64,000 bases of DNA from Octopus vulgaris (Eukaryota). The stretch covers positions 1,488,001 to 1,552,000 of the forward strand of contig OX597825.1 of NCBI GenBank assembly GCA_951406725.2, read 5' to 3'. The notes beneath the pieces are model-generated. The model was not told the DNA's origin and made no database searches. It saw nothing but the letters and a program-made list of their open reading frames with translations. Shown here piece by piece: positions 1 to 13,106 of this stretch. Position numbers and translations under genes: made by a program. Position 1 is the first letter of the stretch. Every line of letters begins with the position of its first letter.

Positions 1-517
1 ATATATACATACTATATATATATATGTAAACACACACACAGAAGCATACCCATTTAATCATATGAGTATATGTCGAAAGCAATCTATTTAATAAAATGTT
101 CATTCACTGAAATATGCATATTTCAAATGCTATCTGACCTACAAGCATAGATTTGCCTTCAGATAATAACAGCTAATCAAAAGATGATAAAGGAGATCGT
201 AAATGAGAAAAGGCAGATTGTTGGCAACGGATTGAAGCTTTCCTCAATGAAATCTTTACTAATGACAAATACTACTTGTACAAAATCTGTGCTTTGCAAT
301 AAACTTTTCTATGTTGAGTATTCATGATACGTATATGAATATGCATAAATATACATCCATAGATACATATATGAATATATATATGAATATATATATTCAT
401 AAATACATATAAATATATATTCATGAATATGTATATCTGGCTTGCCTGTCCTCAGTCAAACCCATGCCAGCAGTGAAAGCAGACGTATAATGACGATGAT
501 ATATTCATAAATACATA

Positions 518-902
518 TCGTTACTATTATGTTAAACTGTTGTAAGTCCAAATTTGGCCAAATGCGTTTTATTCACTATTTAATTTTGCTTCCAGTAGCC
601 GGTTCTTTTGGTCAAACTATTGTATCTCCAGCTGGTTTAGTTGAAAATTGTCAAAGTGTAGTACACTGATTTAGCATTTTCCAAAAGTGTAGTAAGCCCC
701 ACAATACAACAGTTTTGCAAAAATACTTCTGAATGAAAATATCAGACATGCATGGATTTACGATTCTAAGCAACCAACAAAGGTATTATTGTTAAGCTGA
801 AACTGTTGCTAATGTAAAAAGAAATGCAATGGTGAAACTATTCTTTTATTTTCTGAAAAAACAGCATTTTGGACTTACGACACTTTTGCATAATAGCAAC
901 GA
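518..902. mobile_element. MITE with ~35-bp terminal inverted repeats and TA target-site duplication (Tc1/mariner-type non-autonomous element)
   Basis: Left end TA|TCGTTACTATTATGTTAAACTGTTGTAAGTCCAAA is an imperfect inverted copy of right end TTTGGACTTACGACACTTTTGCATAATAGCAACGA|TA; no coding capacity inside. Confidence 0.75.
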
Positions 903-1254
903 TATATAAATATGTTTCATGAAATATATGTCTATGTTCAAGCTTTATCATCTTTATTTAAATTTTTCCATTATTTGCATATTAGTTTTTTTACAATTAG
1001 TGTTGAACGATGAAGTTACTAAATTTATATTTGATGTTTTTAGTTCTTCAGAGCCTCATTTTCAATGGTTGCTTAGATTTGGTGACAATTAGGTCCCTAT
1101 AAGAGTAGTTCTATGTTAATTCGTTCTACTGGGGTTAAATCTTTGACTGTTTGATTTTTCATGCCAGTAACCATGTGTTAAAATACATATAGATAACACA
1201 CACCCACTCACCCACACACATATATATATATATATTTAGCTAATTGTTACTTAG

Positions 1255-2120
1255 AGAAGGCCTTCAACAGCATCTCTCACTATCTGATTGGGTGGATGCT
1301 GCAGAAATTGGGAGAAGACAAATGACTTGTGTGAGCTAGAAACAACTACAGTAATAAATTTAATGTGCAGATAGAAGTTCACTGGGATTTGATTTTCAGT
1401 CCCCTCCTAATTATCATAGCCCCCACCCCCAGACCAAATCAGAGGATCTTAATGTAAGCTGTCAACAAGAACTCCTTTATGCCGAAAACCTACCTGAATC
1501 TACAGTAGAATTAGAGAAAGAAATTCAGGTGTGGAAGCAAAGCATTGAATCAAAGGGCCTCAAAATGAACTTACAAAGATCCAAGTTCTAGGAAGCAAGA
1601 AAATAAACAAATTGCTTCCCACAGAAAAATGGTTTGCTTGATATGCAGAAAAGCAGAAGTTCCTTATGGTGTGTTCAGAGCAACCAATGGACACAGAAGA
1701 AGTGCAGTGAAGTTACAGAAAGTAAACTTTGTATGTGACAGGTGTGCTAAGAAATTAAACAATAAGAACACACAGGAACTAAGTTTTCTTGAATATCCAT
1801 GATTTTTTTCTAGAGATAGTAGATAATTTTGGTTAGTTAGTAGATTAGGAGGATGTCCTGAAATTACAATTCCTACAATTTCTAGAATGGGAACACGCTG
1901 CAGAAAGTTCAGAGAGCTATTACCGTTGTAAGTAACAAAAGTTTTCTCTCTCAGAATGAAAGGTAGATTGTAGGATGTTTGTGTGCGAACAGCAAAACTA
2001 AACAGTAGTGAGACATGGCCCTTGAATGCAGAGCACATGAAAACCCTAGAGTGAAATGAACCTTTCATATTCCATAGGCAACAAAGTACAAATGCATTGA
2101 GAGAAAGATTCCTTGAATTA
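1255..2120 (+). mobile_element. Degenerate RTE-clade LINE fragment (RT domain and C-terminal region)
   Basis: + strand translation across stops/frameshifts gives ELLYAENL (decayed YADD motif, ~1469), QVWKQSIESKGLKMNL and RKFRELLPL*VTKVFSLRMKGRL*DVCVRTAKLNSSETWPLNAE, typical of RTE ORFs. The listed 155-aa minus ORF is its antisense shadow. Confidence 0.8.
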
Positions 2121-5100
2121 TTTATTTGCACATGTTATTATTGTCTAATTCTAGTTTGGCCTTACAATCCAAACATGACCATCCCATATTATTTAACACA
2201 AAATTTATCTAGGATGACATCACATACTCATTTTCCTTCTTTTTGAAATGGCACTTAATGATTTCAGGGAGATTTGGCTGCTATTTCTAGCAGATGGTGT
2301 GTCCATATTAGTAAAATAGCTGTTATATTAGCATATTAGTTACCTGTTTAGTTAGGTGGTTGTATCGATAATTTGCCATAGTGCTGAATTAGCAAACAGC
2401 TTTATTTCTTTAGACAAAGAACAACATTCTATTGTTACAAACTGAAGAGAGCCTACTTCAAAGTGAAGAGTCTGTTGATGAGTAAGCACTTCGCTCTAAC
2501 ATACCTACTCCATAATTCATGTCAAGTCATCGACGTTTTTCCTTTTTTTCCACTATATACATATTTTTTTTTTTTAAACTACAGTATAACAATTTACACT
2601 CAAAGTTTCTCACTACTTATAGCTGTAGATATTTTTAGGAAGAGAGACATTCATTAATTTTTCTCTTCTGTGCTATACAATGGATGGACAGTGGATGGAG
2701 AAGAAAGAAAACTATAAAAAGAATTTGCAAAATAGCACACTGAAGTATCTATCTAGTCAACGAGACATACTAGGATAATTAATATGATGCAAAAGTAATT
2801 AGTGCTAAATTTCAAATACTCACAGCAATATTAAAGGAGATGGTTGAAGTAAAGAGACAGGCAGAAATGAAATATAATTAAGTAGATAGTTATGTTAAAT
2901 TAAGACAGGTCATTGCGGAATTATAAACAACAAACTTCTACAACAATTTCTATTCCATTTTCAATTTAATTAAACACACACATGCTCATATACACCCACC
3001 CACCTACACACACACACATAAATAAAAGAAAATAAATAAATAAACTTAATAGTGTTTTCAAATTTGTGCATACTTTCTACATTATTCTGCAGTATATCAT
3101 GTGTTTGAATATTGAGGAGTGTGTGTGTGTGTGTGTGTGTTGTAATGCAGAAATCAATATGCTTGTCTTCTGGTGTGTAAATATATATGCATACATGTGT
3201 ACAAAGACTTTTGCAAACACATTATTGTGTGTTTTATTGGGTGTAAATATTTAACTCTGTGTGTGTACATAGATTTGCAAGAACACATCAGTGCATGTTT
3301 TGCAGTGTGTATGTGTGTGTGTGTGTCTATACATAGATTTTTTTTTATGACTGTGCCATTGTACGTTTTGTAGTTGTATTTCTTTATGTAGACATAGATT
3401 TTTGTGAATGTAGCAATGTGTGTCGAATGTACTTAGATATATGAATATAAAAGGACATATAACTTGCATGCATGTACATTAAAGTACACATAACCTGTAT
3501 GATATGCTGCGTGTGTGTGCATTAAGTTTCTCTCCATGTAATTCTTGCCTCTGAATGTCCTTATCAGTTCATGTATGGATACCATTCTGTAATTTATTTC
3601 TGATATTCTTTTTTCTCTTTTCTAATTTTATTTTAGCATTTCGAATCTGTTACTATTGTTTGGGCTTGGATATCACATATAGGTACCCAGAGGTATTTGC
3701 AGTGAAGTTATATAGAAACAGTTTTGTTTCTCTGTCTAGTATAAAGTATCAGCACCATATTTAAGTCATTAAAAATCCATAAATTACGCAGCTTTGGCAG
3801 TCATTGAATAAAAACAAAATAAACCCATCAGCACCATCCCATTTTCTATAAATTACAAAGCACTAAAAATCTATAACTTTGGGATGAAATTGTTGTTGCA
3901 GTCTAGCCTCAGGTTCAGCTTAGCTCAAACAGATACATGATCCTAAGCACTCCAGTCATGACTGTCCTGTCTGCCTAAGAACATATAGGGAAACTAACTT
4001 ATCTAATGTATTCTTTTTATTATCTAAGATGGTAGAGGTGTGATTTGGGGAAGATTTGACTGCTTATTTCCTGTATTGATATATTCATAAAAATCTATAT
4101 GGAATGACATTTCTTGGTACCATGAAAACACTTGTTTATATATTCACAAAAAATTTACTCTCTCTCACACACATTTGGTCTCATGATTGCTCATATATAG
4201 GATCTCTTGTTTCAAATGTCTAAAAGTTTACTCCAAGTATGATTGAGTTAATTTCCATTACTCATGCCCCTCTCTCATTTCACACACACACACACACACA
4301 CACAAGTCAGTTCTAGTGAATGGAATGGTAGGCATTACACTACACTGCTCCTTTAATGAGTTTCTGTGTATACATTACATCAATTGTATAGTCTCGATGT
4401 AACTTTGTTTTAGTCCAATACGATTCTGTAATAGAAAACTATCTTGCTGTAAAGAATCTGATCTGTGTGGTTGAAGCCAGTTGAATACTTTGATAGTGTA
4501 TTGATAAAAGAATGTGTCTCTCTTCTTGATATCACACAAAACTCTTTGTTCTTTTAAACTGATATTGGAATTATCTTTTTTTTACCAGGAAGCAGGTGTA
4601 CATCCAATTTCCACAACATACATATTACTAATAGAATTTAATGGGTCATTATTCTACTATATTTAAAGATATTAAGAAAATAGCCTCAGCTTAATGATTT
4701 AGCATTGACTAAGATTCTGGTTAATTGATCTAACTCATCAAGTATGCATTCACATATATGCATATGTGAACATATTTTATGCCTGATAACACACACACAC
4801 ACAGACACACACATACACACACAAAGACACACACACACACACAAACATTTGTGCTAATAAAGTCAGTGCTGCAAAACAGAAAAGTGCTGCTGCCAAGCTA
4901 GTTGGGCATATGACCACCAAGAATTCGAATCTAGTGTCATGTGATTATGATGATTAGAGATCACCAGAGTAATAGAATTACCCATGGTGAAGCAGATGGT
5001 ACTTCAGCCAAAGACATTGAACCATTCAGAAAGCGATTAATTGATTTAATTATGTATGATAACTCCTAATATTCCATTGGAAGTAATAGTGAGTTGTGTT

Positions 5101-6108
5101 GGTAACCATAACACCAGAAGATCCAAGTTTCAAAATGGAACTTTTTCATCTGGTTCTAAATTAAACAAAGAACATTTTTCAGCATTGGGCGGCCCAGTTG
5201 CAGATGGTGTGCACTTTTTAAAGTTAGTGGTAGAGGGAAGGTTGGCACTGCTTTTATTTTTGAAAGACATAAGGCACCAGCTACCAGTGCGTTATCTCCA
5301 GTCCACAAAATCAGGATTAAACATGCAGATCTTTAGAGACTAATGTTTTTCCATATTTCATTCCTGCAATAAGTAAATTATCCTCAAATTTTCCTCCCAC
5401 TGAAGTAAAAGCATTTCTAACGTTTGACAACTCCTCTTCTCACTTGGATATAATTGATGGTTTTCTGGTTAAGTCTGGTTTCAATCATTCATATAAATTA
5501 GGTATAAATAACTCATATAGACAAGTTAGGGATTAAGCAGATTATGATAAAACAAGCAAAAACAACAAAAACAGCTGATGTCACTCATAAAAGTTATGGG
5601 ATGTGAGAAAACAGTAAGTAGGAGCAGATATAGTGGAAGTGAGGATTGCAAAAGATAGCAAAGCAAAATGATATCAAGTCAAAAGAACCAAGAAACTAGA
5701 AATCACAATGAAAGTAAGATTTGAAGGATTTTGTGAAAGACATGTAGCAGGTCTTCACTATGATGAGAAACATGTAGCCAGTGGGCAACATGAAGGATTG
5801 CTGAATGAATTTTCCTTGGTGAAGGCATGAAGATACCAACTTCAAAGGATTCTAGAAAAGAAATCTAATCATAAGAATTTGGACCAAACTTTTAAGCATT
5901 CCAAACTGTCAGCACAAAGTGAGAAAATGTTAATGTAATTTGGACATATGATGGAGGTGTATTTAAAACGACACAGATTGTAAACAAAAATTGAAAATAA
6001 AACCTGTGCAGTTGAATAGATAAATACTAAGAATCAAGGTTATTTTCTGATTTCATTCATTGACTTGTTTTACTGTAAATTTGAAACAATGGAGGCAGCT
6101 TATATCAG

Positions 6109-6371
6109 CAGCCCCTACCACCAGCCCCTACCACCAGCCCCTACCACCAGCCCCTACCACCAGCCCCTACCACCAGCGCCTACCACCAGCCCCTACCACC
6201 AGCCCCTACCACCAGCCCCTACCACCAGCCCCTACCGCCAGCACCTACCACCAGCCCCTACCACCAGCCCCTATCACCAGCCCCTACCACCAGCACCTAC
6301 CACCAGCGCCTACCACCAGCCCCTACCACCAGCCCATACCACCAGCCCCTACCACCAGCCCCTATCACCAG
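6109..6371. repeat. 13-bp minisatellite (CAGCCCCTACCAC) x ~20
   Basis: Direct reading of tandem units with a few point variants; explains the repetitive PAPTTSPYHQPLP ORFs in two frames. Confidence 0.95.
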
Positions 6372-7324
6372 AAATACTCATAGAATTTCCTCCATCTTTC
6401 TTACCTTTATTAATAAGGTGAAACAATGTTTCCATTCATAATTTTTCGTTTTTTTTTTTTTACCATGGTGTTTGTTATGTTTAAAAAGTTAAACCAATTT
6501 AATTTTATTAAACACAGAAATTTGTCTTCCTCTTTTTCAGTTTTCATGCCCTACTTCTGCGAAACACTGCCTTGTATGATAACTACAATTTAAAGTGCAA
6601 CAGCCATGAGAATAATAATATTGTGACTTAGACAAAGAATGGTAAGTGGATTGTTCTAAAGTTTTTTTTAAATATAGAAAATAGATATTGAAAACTGATA
6701 GAAAGATTTTTGTTAATGTCAATGTTTGGTGCTTACTTTTGCAGGGAGTTTTAACCCTTCTTTTTTTCCTTTCCTTTGAAACATGGATCTCTTAACATTA
6801 GAGTTAACTGTTTACTAATAATATAATTAATATGAATATTTATTTCTAATGGTAGGGCAACAAATTAGGAGAATCAGAAGAGCATTGGACAAGATATTTT
6901 GTGATATTTTGCTGTGTCCCTTCATATTCTAAGCTCAAATCTTACTAGGGCCAATTTTACTTGACCTCCTTTTGTAGTCGGTAAAAATAAGTAATTAAAA
7001 TCCTGGTGATCAGTATAATTAATTATACACCTTTTATTTTATAGGTTTCAGTCATTAGATTCTGGTCAAGATGAAGCATTGAGTTCAAGGATTTTTGGTC
7101 AGTTATATCAACAGTAGTACTAATTCCAGTTTGGTACTTAAGTTATTGCGATCTATCTTTCAAATCACTACAAAGGGATGAAACTTGGCACCTGTTTAGA
7201 CTTACAAACATGGAAATGGTGTGGACTTCAGTAAACATATGACAGGCTTCTGCACAGTTACCATCTTCCAAACTTCACTCATAAAGTTTGAGTCCTTTTT
7301 TTCCTAGATGTTATCTTTTATTAT

Positions 7325-7510
7325 CATTTGGTCTACACTGACTGAGAAGACCAATGACAAAAGATTATTGAGTCATGAGTATTTCACCTTAATTTTCTAA
7401 GTAACATTATCTAAATGTGGCCTTCAATTTTAAAGATAGTAGGCATCATTTTAAAGAGATTTGGCTGCTGCCTTTAGCATGCCAATCGACCACATAGAGG
7501 CTTTCTTGTT
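7325..7510 (+). mobile_element. Ancient dispersed repeat (family E, GATTTGGCTGCTATTTCTAGC core), degenerate copy
   Basis: GAGATTTGGCTGCTGCCTTTAGC...GACCACATAGAGGCT matches the core recurring ~20 times in the window; a second copy follows at ~7572-7755. Confidence 0.6.
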
Positions 7511-8175
7511 GATTCATATTTGCAATGTTTCTTCATAGCTGCAATGGTATATGTGTGGAAACAGTCGTTATTGCTGTTCAGACCCAGCCTACTCCAGATC
7601 AAATAAATCTATGATCAAAACCAATCTAGCCATGACCATATCACTAATTTTCTTAAGGCAGGGTGCACTAAAAACCAAAAGGATAGAGTAGAGTATGATT
7701 TTAAGGAAGAATTGACTACACTAACTAGCAAGTCAAATGACTTGGTAGAAGCTCAGCTTTAGAGTAGTCGATTTATGCTAGATGCCCTTTCTAGTGCTTA
7801 CAACTCAATCATGAATTAAGATGAAAGCTTTTTATATATTTGTTTGTTTAATCATGCCAACTAAAGGTAGAGGGTTTGTGTACCTTGCTCAAGAGATTGT
7901 TCATGCTATAATAGTTTCCATAAGGTTTGAGCACTGGAACTCTTTATCTTAAAATTCACTCTTTACTCTGAACTGCTAATTTTTAACTCCTTCAGCGGAG
8001 CAATGGATCAGCAAAATTGACAGAGAAGCAGGCAACATTTTATGAATGTCTTATGTTCTGAGTTCAAATCCTGCTAAGATCAACTTTGCTACTTTTTTTC
8101 CTCTTTTAAGAGTTGATAAAATATATCTCGGTCAAGTCCTGGAAGGAGGTTGTGTGTGTGTGTGTGTGTGTGTGT

Positions 8176-8353
8176 TACAGGAGGGTCAGTTAATTATGAT
8201 TTTATTCAACATATTCCCCTCTCAGATTCATTACACTTATTGCAGTGATCCTTCAGTTTTTCTAAACCCTGTAACAGAACTCGGAAGGAAGCACCTCCAG
8301 CCAGGCCTTTCACATGACCCTTAAAGCTAGGAACTTTTCAGCTCCCCCTTGTA
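8176..8353. mobile_element. Partial mariner-type MITE (same family as 58135-58352), nested in an old SINE
   Basis: CAGTTAATTATGATTTTATTCAACATATTCCCCTCTCAGATTCA... aligns by eye with 58187 onward; right TIR GGAACTTTTCAGCTCCCCCTTG|TA. Confidence 0.7.
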
Positions 8354-9765
8354 TGCCAGCCATCCTTCTCAAAATCTAAGGGCTTGTGCCTCTGTTAGAA
8401 CACAACAAGAATTAGAAAGACACCTTAATCTAGATTTACTAATGAAAATAAAGTGAATTATAAACAACAACAACAACAACAACATTTCTTTCCTTTAGTA
8501 TTTTGCTTCCATTTCACTTCTTGCAGTTTTTGTGTCATTCACACATGTAATAATCTCTCTTAACAGGATACCTTTCAGAAGGTGTAATCAAATTACACTT
8601 TGCATGACAAAAGTACAAAGAATCTAAGATCAGTTCTGATACCATGCAGCTTAGATATCTTAAACTTGCTTGTTTTAGCTTCCAGGCTTCTTCAGATATA
8701 CAGAACAAAATGCAACAAGGATTTGAAGTATCTTGATGTTATTTCTTACGGTTGCAGTTCGATGTTGTGGTTGAAATGAATTGATCAGACAAGCAATACA
8801 ATTTAACCATGCTGTGTTAAGATGGCAGAGCAAGAAACAGTGTTTAATAAACTCCAAACATCAATCGATCAATCCCATTATGCATAATATTAGTCTCAGT
8901 AGGATAGAAATGATTTCAAAGTGAATGGAGATTATAAAATAAAAAAAACAAAACAGAATAAAAGACATGAAAAAAAAATAAAGAAAACAAGATTATTCGA
9001 GTCACCATTTCCCATCGTCACATTTTCTTTTCTAGATAAAAGTTGTTTATAAATTTACATCTTGAGCAGGTGAGTAAGGTAAGAGATTAGGACTATGAAA
9101 GGTGCGAAATGTTAGAGTCAGCCATATACAAACTAACAAGATAGGAAAAGCGAAACAGTGTAGAATGTTTACTAAGCCAGAAGAAACTAGATTCACTTGC
9201 CAAGAATTTTAGAACCAATCTATGTGTTTGTGTACATATGCACGTGCATATATGCTTAGGTGTACACACACATATACATTTGGTTTTATATATGTGTGTG
9301 TGTTCACTTATACACTATCATACACACAATTATATCTATATATCTATATATATATATATAGATAGATAGATATACACACACACACACACACTCTGTAGGT
9401 GTGCATGTGTGTAAATAAACATACAGATGTATACAAATATTCATTGATAGTTCCATGTGTTACTCAGGTACGTTATGTTATACACTGATATATTATATTA
9501 AAAGCCAAGATATTAAGAAGAAACACGTTTTGTTCTCTCATTTGAAAAAATGAAGATAAAAATATAGAGTTTTTGTGTGAGAGAATGAACAAGTTTATGT
9601 ACTGAAATTGTGTGTGTGTGTGTGTGTGTATGATTACATTGCAGTGGCAATTCATTAGACTAGCTTCAAGTCATTTGTTTATGCTGCCTTTTAAAACAAT
9701 TTTAACACAGGCATTCTCTCTCTCCCACACACATGCACACACATACACACACACATGTACATATC

Positions 9766-9802
<37 letters not shown>

Positions 9803-9949
9803 GTATATAAATGTGTATATATGTACATAGCTATGTGTGCATGTATATATATATATATATATTCTTTTACTTGTTTCAGTCATTTGACAGTGGCCATGCT
9901 AGAGCACTGCCTGAATATATATATATTGCATAAACAAATGACTTGTAAC

Positions 9950-10142
9950 CTATGCTTAGTGATATTTCGTCTGTCATTATGTTCTGAGTTCAAATTCCAC
10001 CGAGGTCGACTTTGCCTTTCATCCTTTCAGGGTCGATTAAATAAGTACCAGTTTCGCACTGGGTCGATGTAATCGACTTAATCCCTTTGTCTGTCCCTGT
10101 TTGTCCCCTCTATGTTTAGCCCCTTGTGGGTAGTAAAGAAAT
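9950..10142 (+). mobile_element. tRNA-derived SINE family C, 5'-truncated
   Basis: B-box GAGTTCAAATTCC, central GTCGACTTTGCCTTTCATCCTTTC and tail GCCCCTTGTGGGTAGTAAAGAAAT, near-identical to 38519-38749. Confidence 0.85.
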
Positions 10143-10468
10143 ATATATATATATCGACATACATAAACATACACATACATATATATATGTGTGTAAAAAT
10201 TGTTTTAAAAACTAGCCTGATGCAAACTAAAAACAAAGAAGTTAAAAAACAGAAGGAAGACAACTGTGTACACATTACTAACTTATAAACCTGATATTTT
10301 GGGATAAAACTCTCTTTGTCAAAAAGCAAAACCAAACCAAAACACAAGAATGAGAAATGGAGATGATGGGGTAGAGGAGGAGGAGGTGAAGTGCTCAGGC
10401 TGATAGTGTTATAATGGCTTATCTACTTCCTGTAGTTGTGTCTTTGGTTAATACATGGATTCAGTTTA

Positions 10469-10710
10469 GTTCTTTATTGCCCACAGGCTAAACATAGAGG
10501 GGACAAACAAGGACATACAAAGGGATTAAGTTGATTACATCAACCCCAATGCATAACTGGTACTTATTTAATTGACCCCCCCCCCCTCTACGAAAGGATG
10601 AAAGGCAAAGTCAACCTAGGCAGAATTTGAACTCAGAATGAAATACCGGCAGACAAAATACCACAAAGCATTTTGCCCATTGTGCTAACGATTCTGCCAG
10701 CTCACTGCCC
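10469..10710 (-). mobile_element. tRNA-derived SINE family C, full length with 15-bp TSD
   Basis: Reverse complement of the family C body; flanked by CATGGATTCAGTTTA (10454-10468) and CATGAATTCAGTTTA (10711-10725). Confidence 0.85.
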
Positions 10711-11244
10711 CATGAATTCAGTTTATTAATGAAGATAAGCTATGCCATTTCTCTACCTGTTCTTAAACAGATATATTTTTCTGTGCCTTTCATTAATGAA
10801 GCTATGCTGCTCTTTAGAATAGTTCTTCCACTGTAGGAACTACCACATTTATGGCAGACTGTTTTGTAACCTATGCAGATCCTCAAGTGCTTTCCTTTTG
10901 CTTTCCTTTCACTGGTTTTGGTCAGAGGCCGTGGCCATACTGGGGGACTGTTTTAGTGAGATTGCTTTATATTTCACACTCACTTTCTGGACCTCCCTTC
11001 AAAACTGTTTCTGATGGATTCGTGGAGTTGATCAGAGCTGCTCTTCTTTGGGTTTCCTGCCACAGTGTGTGTTCATCTGGTAACTCGGATGTTTATGATA
11101 TTGATAACTATGTGTGTGTGTGTGTATGCATAAAGAAAGAGAAAGAAGGGGAAAGCATGACAGGGAGAGAAGAGAAAAGCATATGAGAGAGAGAGAGAGA
11201 GAGAGAGAGGAACAGAATGAATGCATTCTATGCCATATAATTTA

Positions 11245-11415
11245 TCTTTTACTTGTTTCAGTATTTGGACTATGGCCATACTGGAGCACTGCCTTGAAAA
11301 GTTTAGACAGACCAAACTCAGTTTTTATTCTTCAGCCTTGTACTTATTCTTTTGCCAAACTACTAAGTTACATGGATTTAAACAAACCAACACCAGTTGT
11401 CAAGCATTGGTGGGA

Positions 11416-11446
<31 letters not shown>

Positions 11447-11610
11447 AGACAGTTTTCTTATAGTTTCTGTTTATCAAATCCAGTCACAAGGCTTTGGTTA
11501 GCCTGGGGTAATAGTTGAAGACATGCCCAAGGTGCTACAAAGTGGGACTGAAGCTGGGAGTGTGTAGTTTGGAAAGCAAACTTCTTGACATTCAGCCATG
11601 CCAGTGCTTA
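11245..11610 (-). mobile_element. tRNA-derived SINE family B (long form with internal CA microsatellite)
   Basis: Reverse complement of head (GGCATGGCTG...CAGTCCCAC...CACCTTGGGCA) and tail (GGCAGTGCTCCAGTATGGCC...ACTGAAACAAGTAAAAGA), as in 48062-48443. Confidence 0.75.
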
Positions 11611-11828
11611 TAACAAAGTATTTTAAACTTCTTTCATTATTGAAATATGTAAATTGTCAAGTGTTGCTTTAGTTCTAAGAAAATATGTTTCAAGTTAAAT
11701 TGCCTTGACAAATTAACAAACACTTTCCTGTCAAGTATTTAGATCTGCTGCTTTTGGTGGTGCTGGTCAGGCAGACTTATGATCAAATGTGTTTGAACAT
11801 GAATGCCCAATCTTTTATTATGGTCAAT

Positions 11829-12153
11829 ACCCGTGCTGGTGACATGTTAAAAGCACAGTCCGAACATGGCAGATGCCAGCGCTACCTGTCTGGCGTCCGT
11901 GTCGGTGACACGTAAAAGCACCAACTGATCATGGCCGTTTGCCAGCCTCCTCTGGCCCCTGTGCCAGTGCCACGTAAAAACCACCCACTACACTCATGGA
12001 GTGGTTGGCGTTAGGAAGGGCATCCAGCTGTAGAAACTCTGCCAAATCAGACTGGTGCCTGGTGCAGTCTGCTGGCTTCCTAGACCTCGGTCGAACCGTC
12101 CAACCCATGCTAGCAAGGAAAACGGACATTAAACGATGATGATGATGATGATG
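11829..12153 (+). mobile_element. RTE-tail SINE-like element (family R) ending in (GAT)n
   Basis: GGTTGGCGTTAGGAAGGGCATCCAGCTGTAGAAAC...AACCCATGCTAGC...AAACGATGATGATG tail preceded by three internal ~60-bp modules; it interrupts a family E copy. Confidence 0.85.
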
Positions 12154-12732
12154 TACTGGTCTTCCTTATCCACTGTGTGCATTTTTAAGGTTATAAAATA
12201 TGGTTTGAGAGAGATTTGATAACTATTTCTGGCAAGCTGATTGACCTCATAGAAGTTCTCTCCTTAGCTTCAATGCTAAGATATCTGTCATCCAAGTTAG
12301 TTTATATTTGATAAATGTTTTCTCAACTCTTCTCTCTCTCTTTCACTTACTGTTTCTCTCTCTCTCTCTCTCTCTCCTTATTAATCCATATAAGATACAT
12401 GTAAAGCCATTGAATATGTGAAATCAGTGTGAGTTACTAAGAGTGCAAGGTGAGAAATGTTGAAGAGCTGAAAGCTTCAAGAGGAATTGGTGTTACAAAT
12501 GAGATGCTTAAGCTGTGCAAGAAAGTGCTATGGCAACACAATTGTCAACTGCTATGAGAATAAGACATGTTAAAGAGGGGTTTCTTATCAGTTGAATGTG
12601 TAATGAAATTGATAAATCGAGTGCAAAGACAGCGCAAGATGATGGCATCATACGTAATGTAAGAGGAAAAAAAATTATCAGTTAATAACACTTTATGTAG
12701 GAAACATTAATAGTAGTTCAGTGAGTCAAATG

Positions 12733-13044
12733 CAAATGTGGTTAAGTAGTTCTCTGATTAATCACACAGTTTAGGGTTCAGTCCCCCTGTATAGCACCTT
12801 GAGCATCTATTATAGCCCTGGGTAAACCAAACCCTTGTAAGTGGATTTAGCAGATGATTCCTGAAAGAAACATGTGTAGACCAGACACAAGCGTGGCCGT
12901 GTGGTCAGGAAGTTTGCTTCCCAACCACAGAGTTTGGGTTATATCTTCACTACATGGCATCTCAGGCAAGCGTCTTCTGTTATAGCTCCAGGTTGACCAA
13001 CACCTCATAAGTGGATCTGGGAGATAAACTGAAAGGTGCCTATG
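12733..13044 (+). mobile_element. Two tandem degenerate family B SINE heads
   Basis: GGGTTCAGTCCCC...CTATTATAGCCCTGGG...GTGGATTT at ~12733-12880 and GTGGCCGTGTGGTCAGGAAGTTTGCTTCCCAACCAC... at ~12885-13044. Confidence 0.65.
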
Positions 13045-13046
13045 TT

Positions 13047-13079
<33 letters not shown>

Positions 13080-13106
13080 GCAATAATGATAATAATAATA
13101 ATAATC

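Noticed and set aside
6060-6421. Pro/Thr-rich ORFs as an extensin- or mucin-like protein
   Set aside because: They arise from a 13-bp (non-triplet) minisatellite that gives the same peptide in several frames; no exon context.
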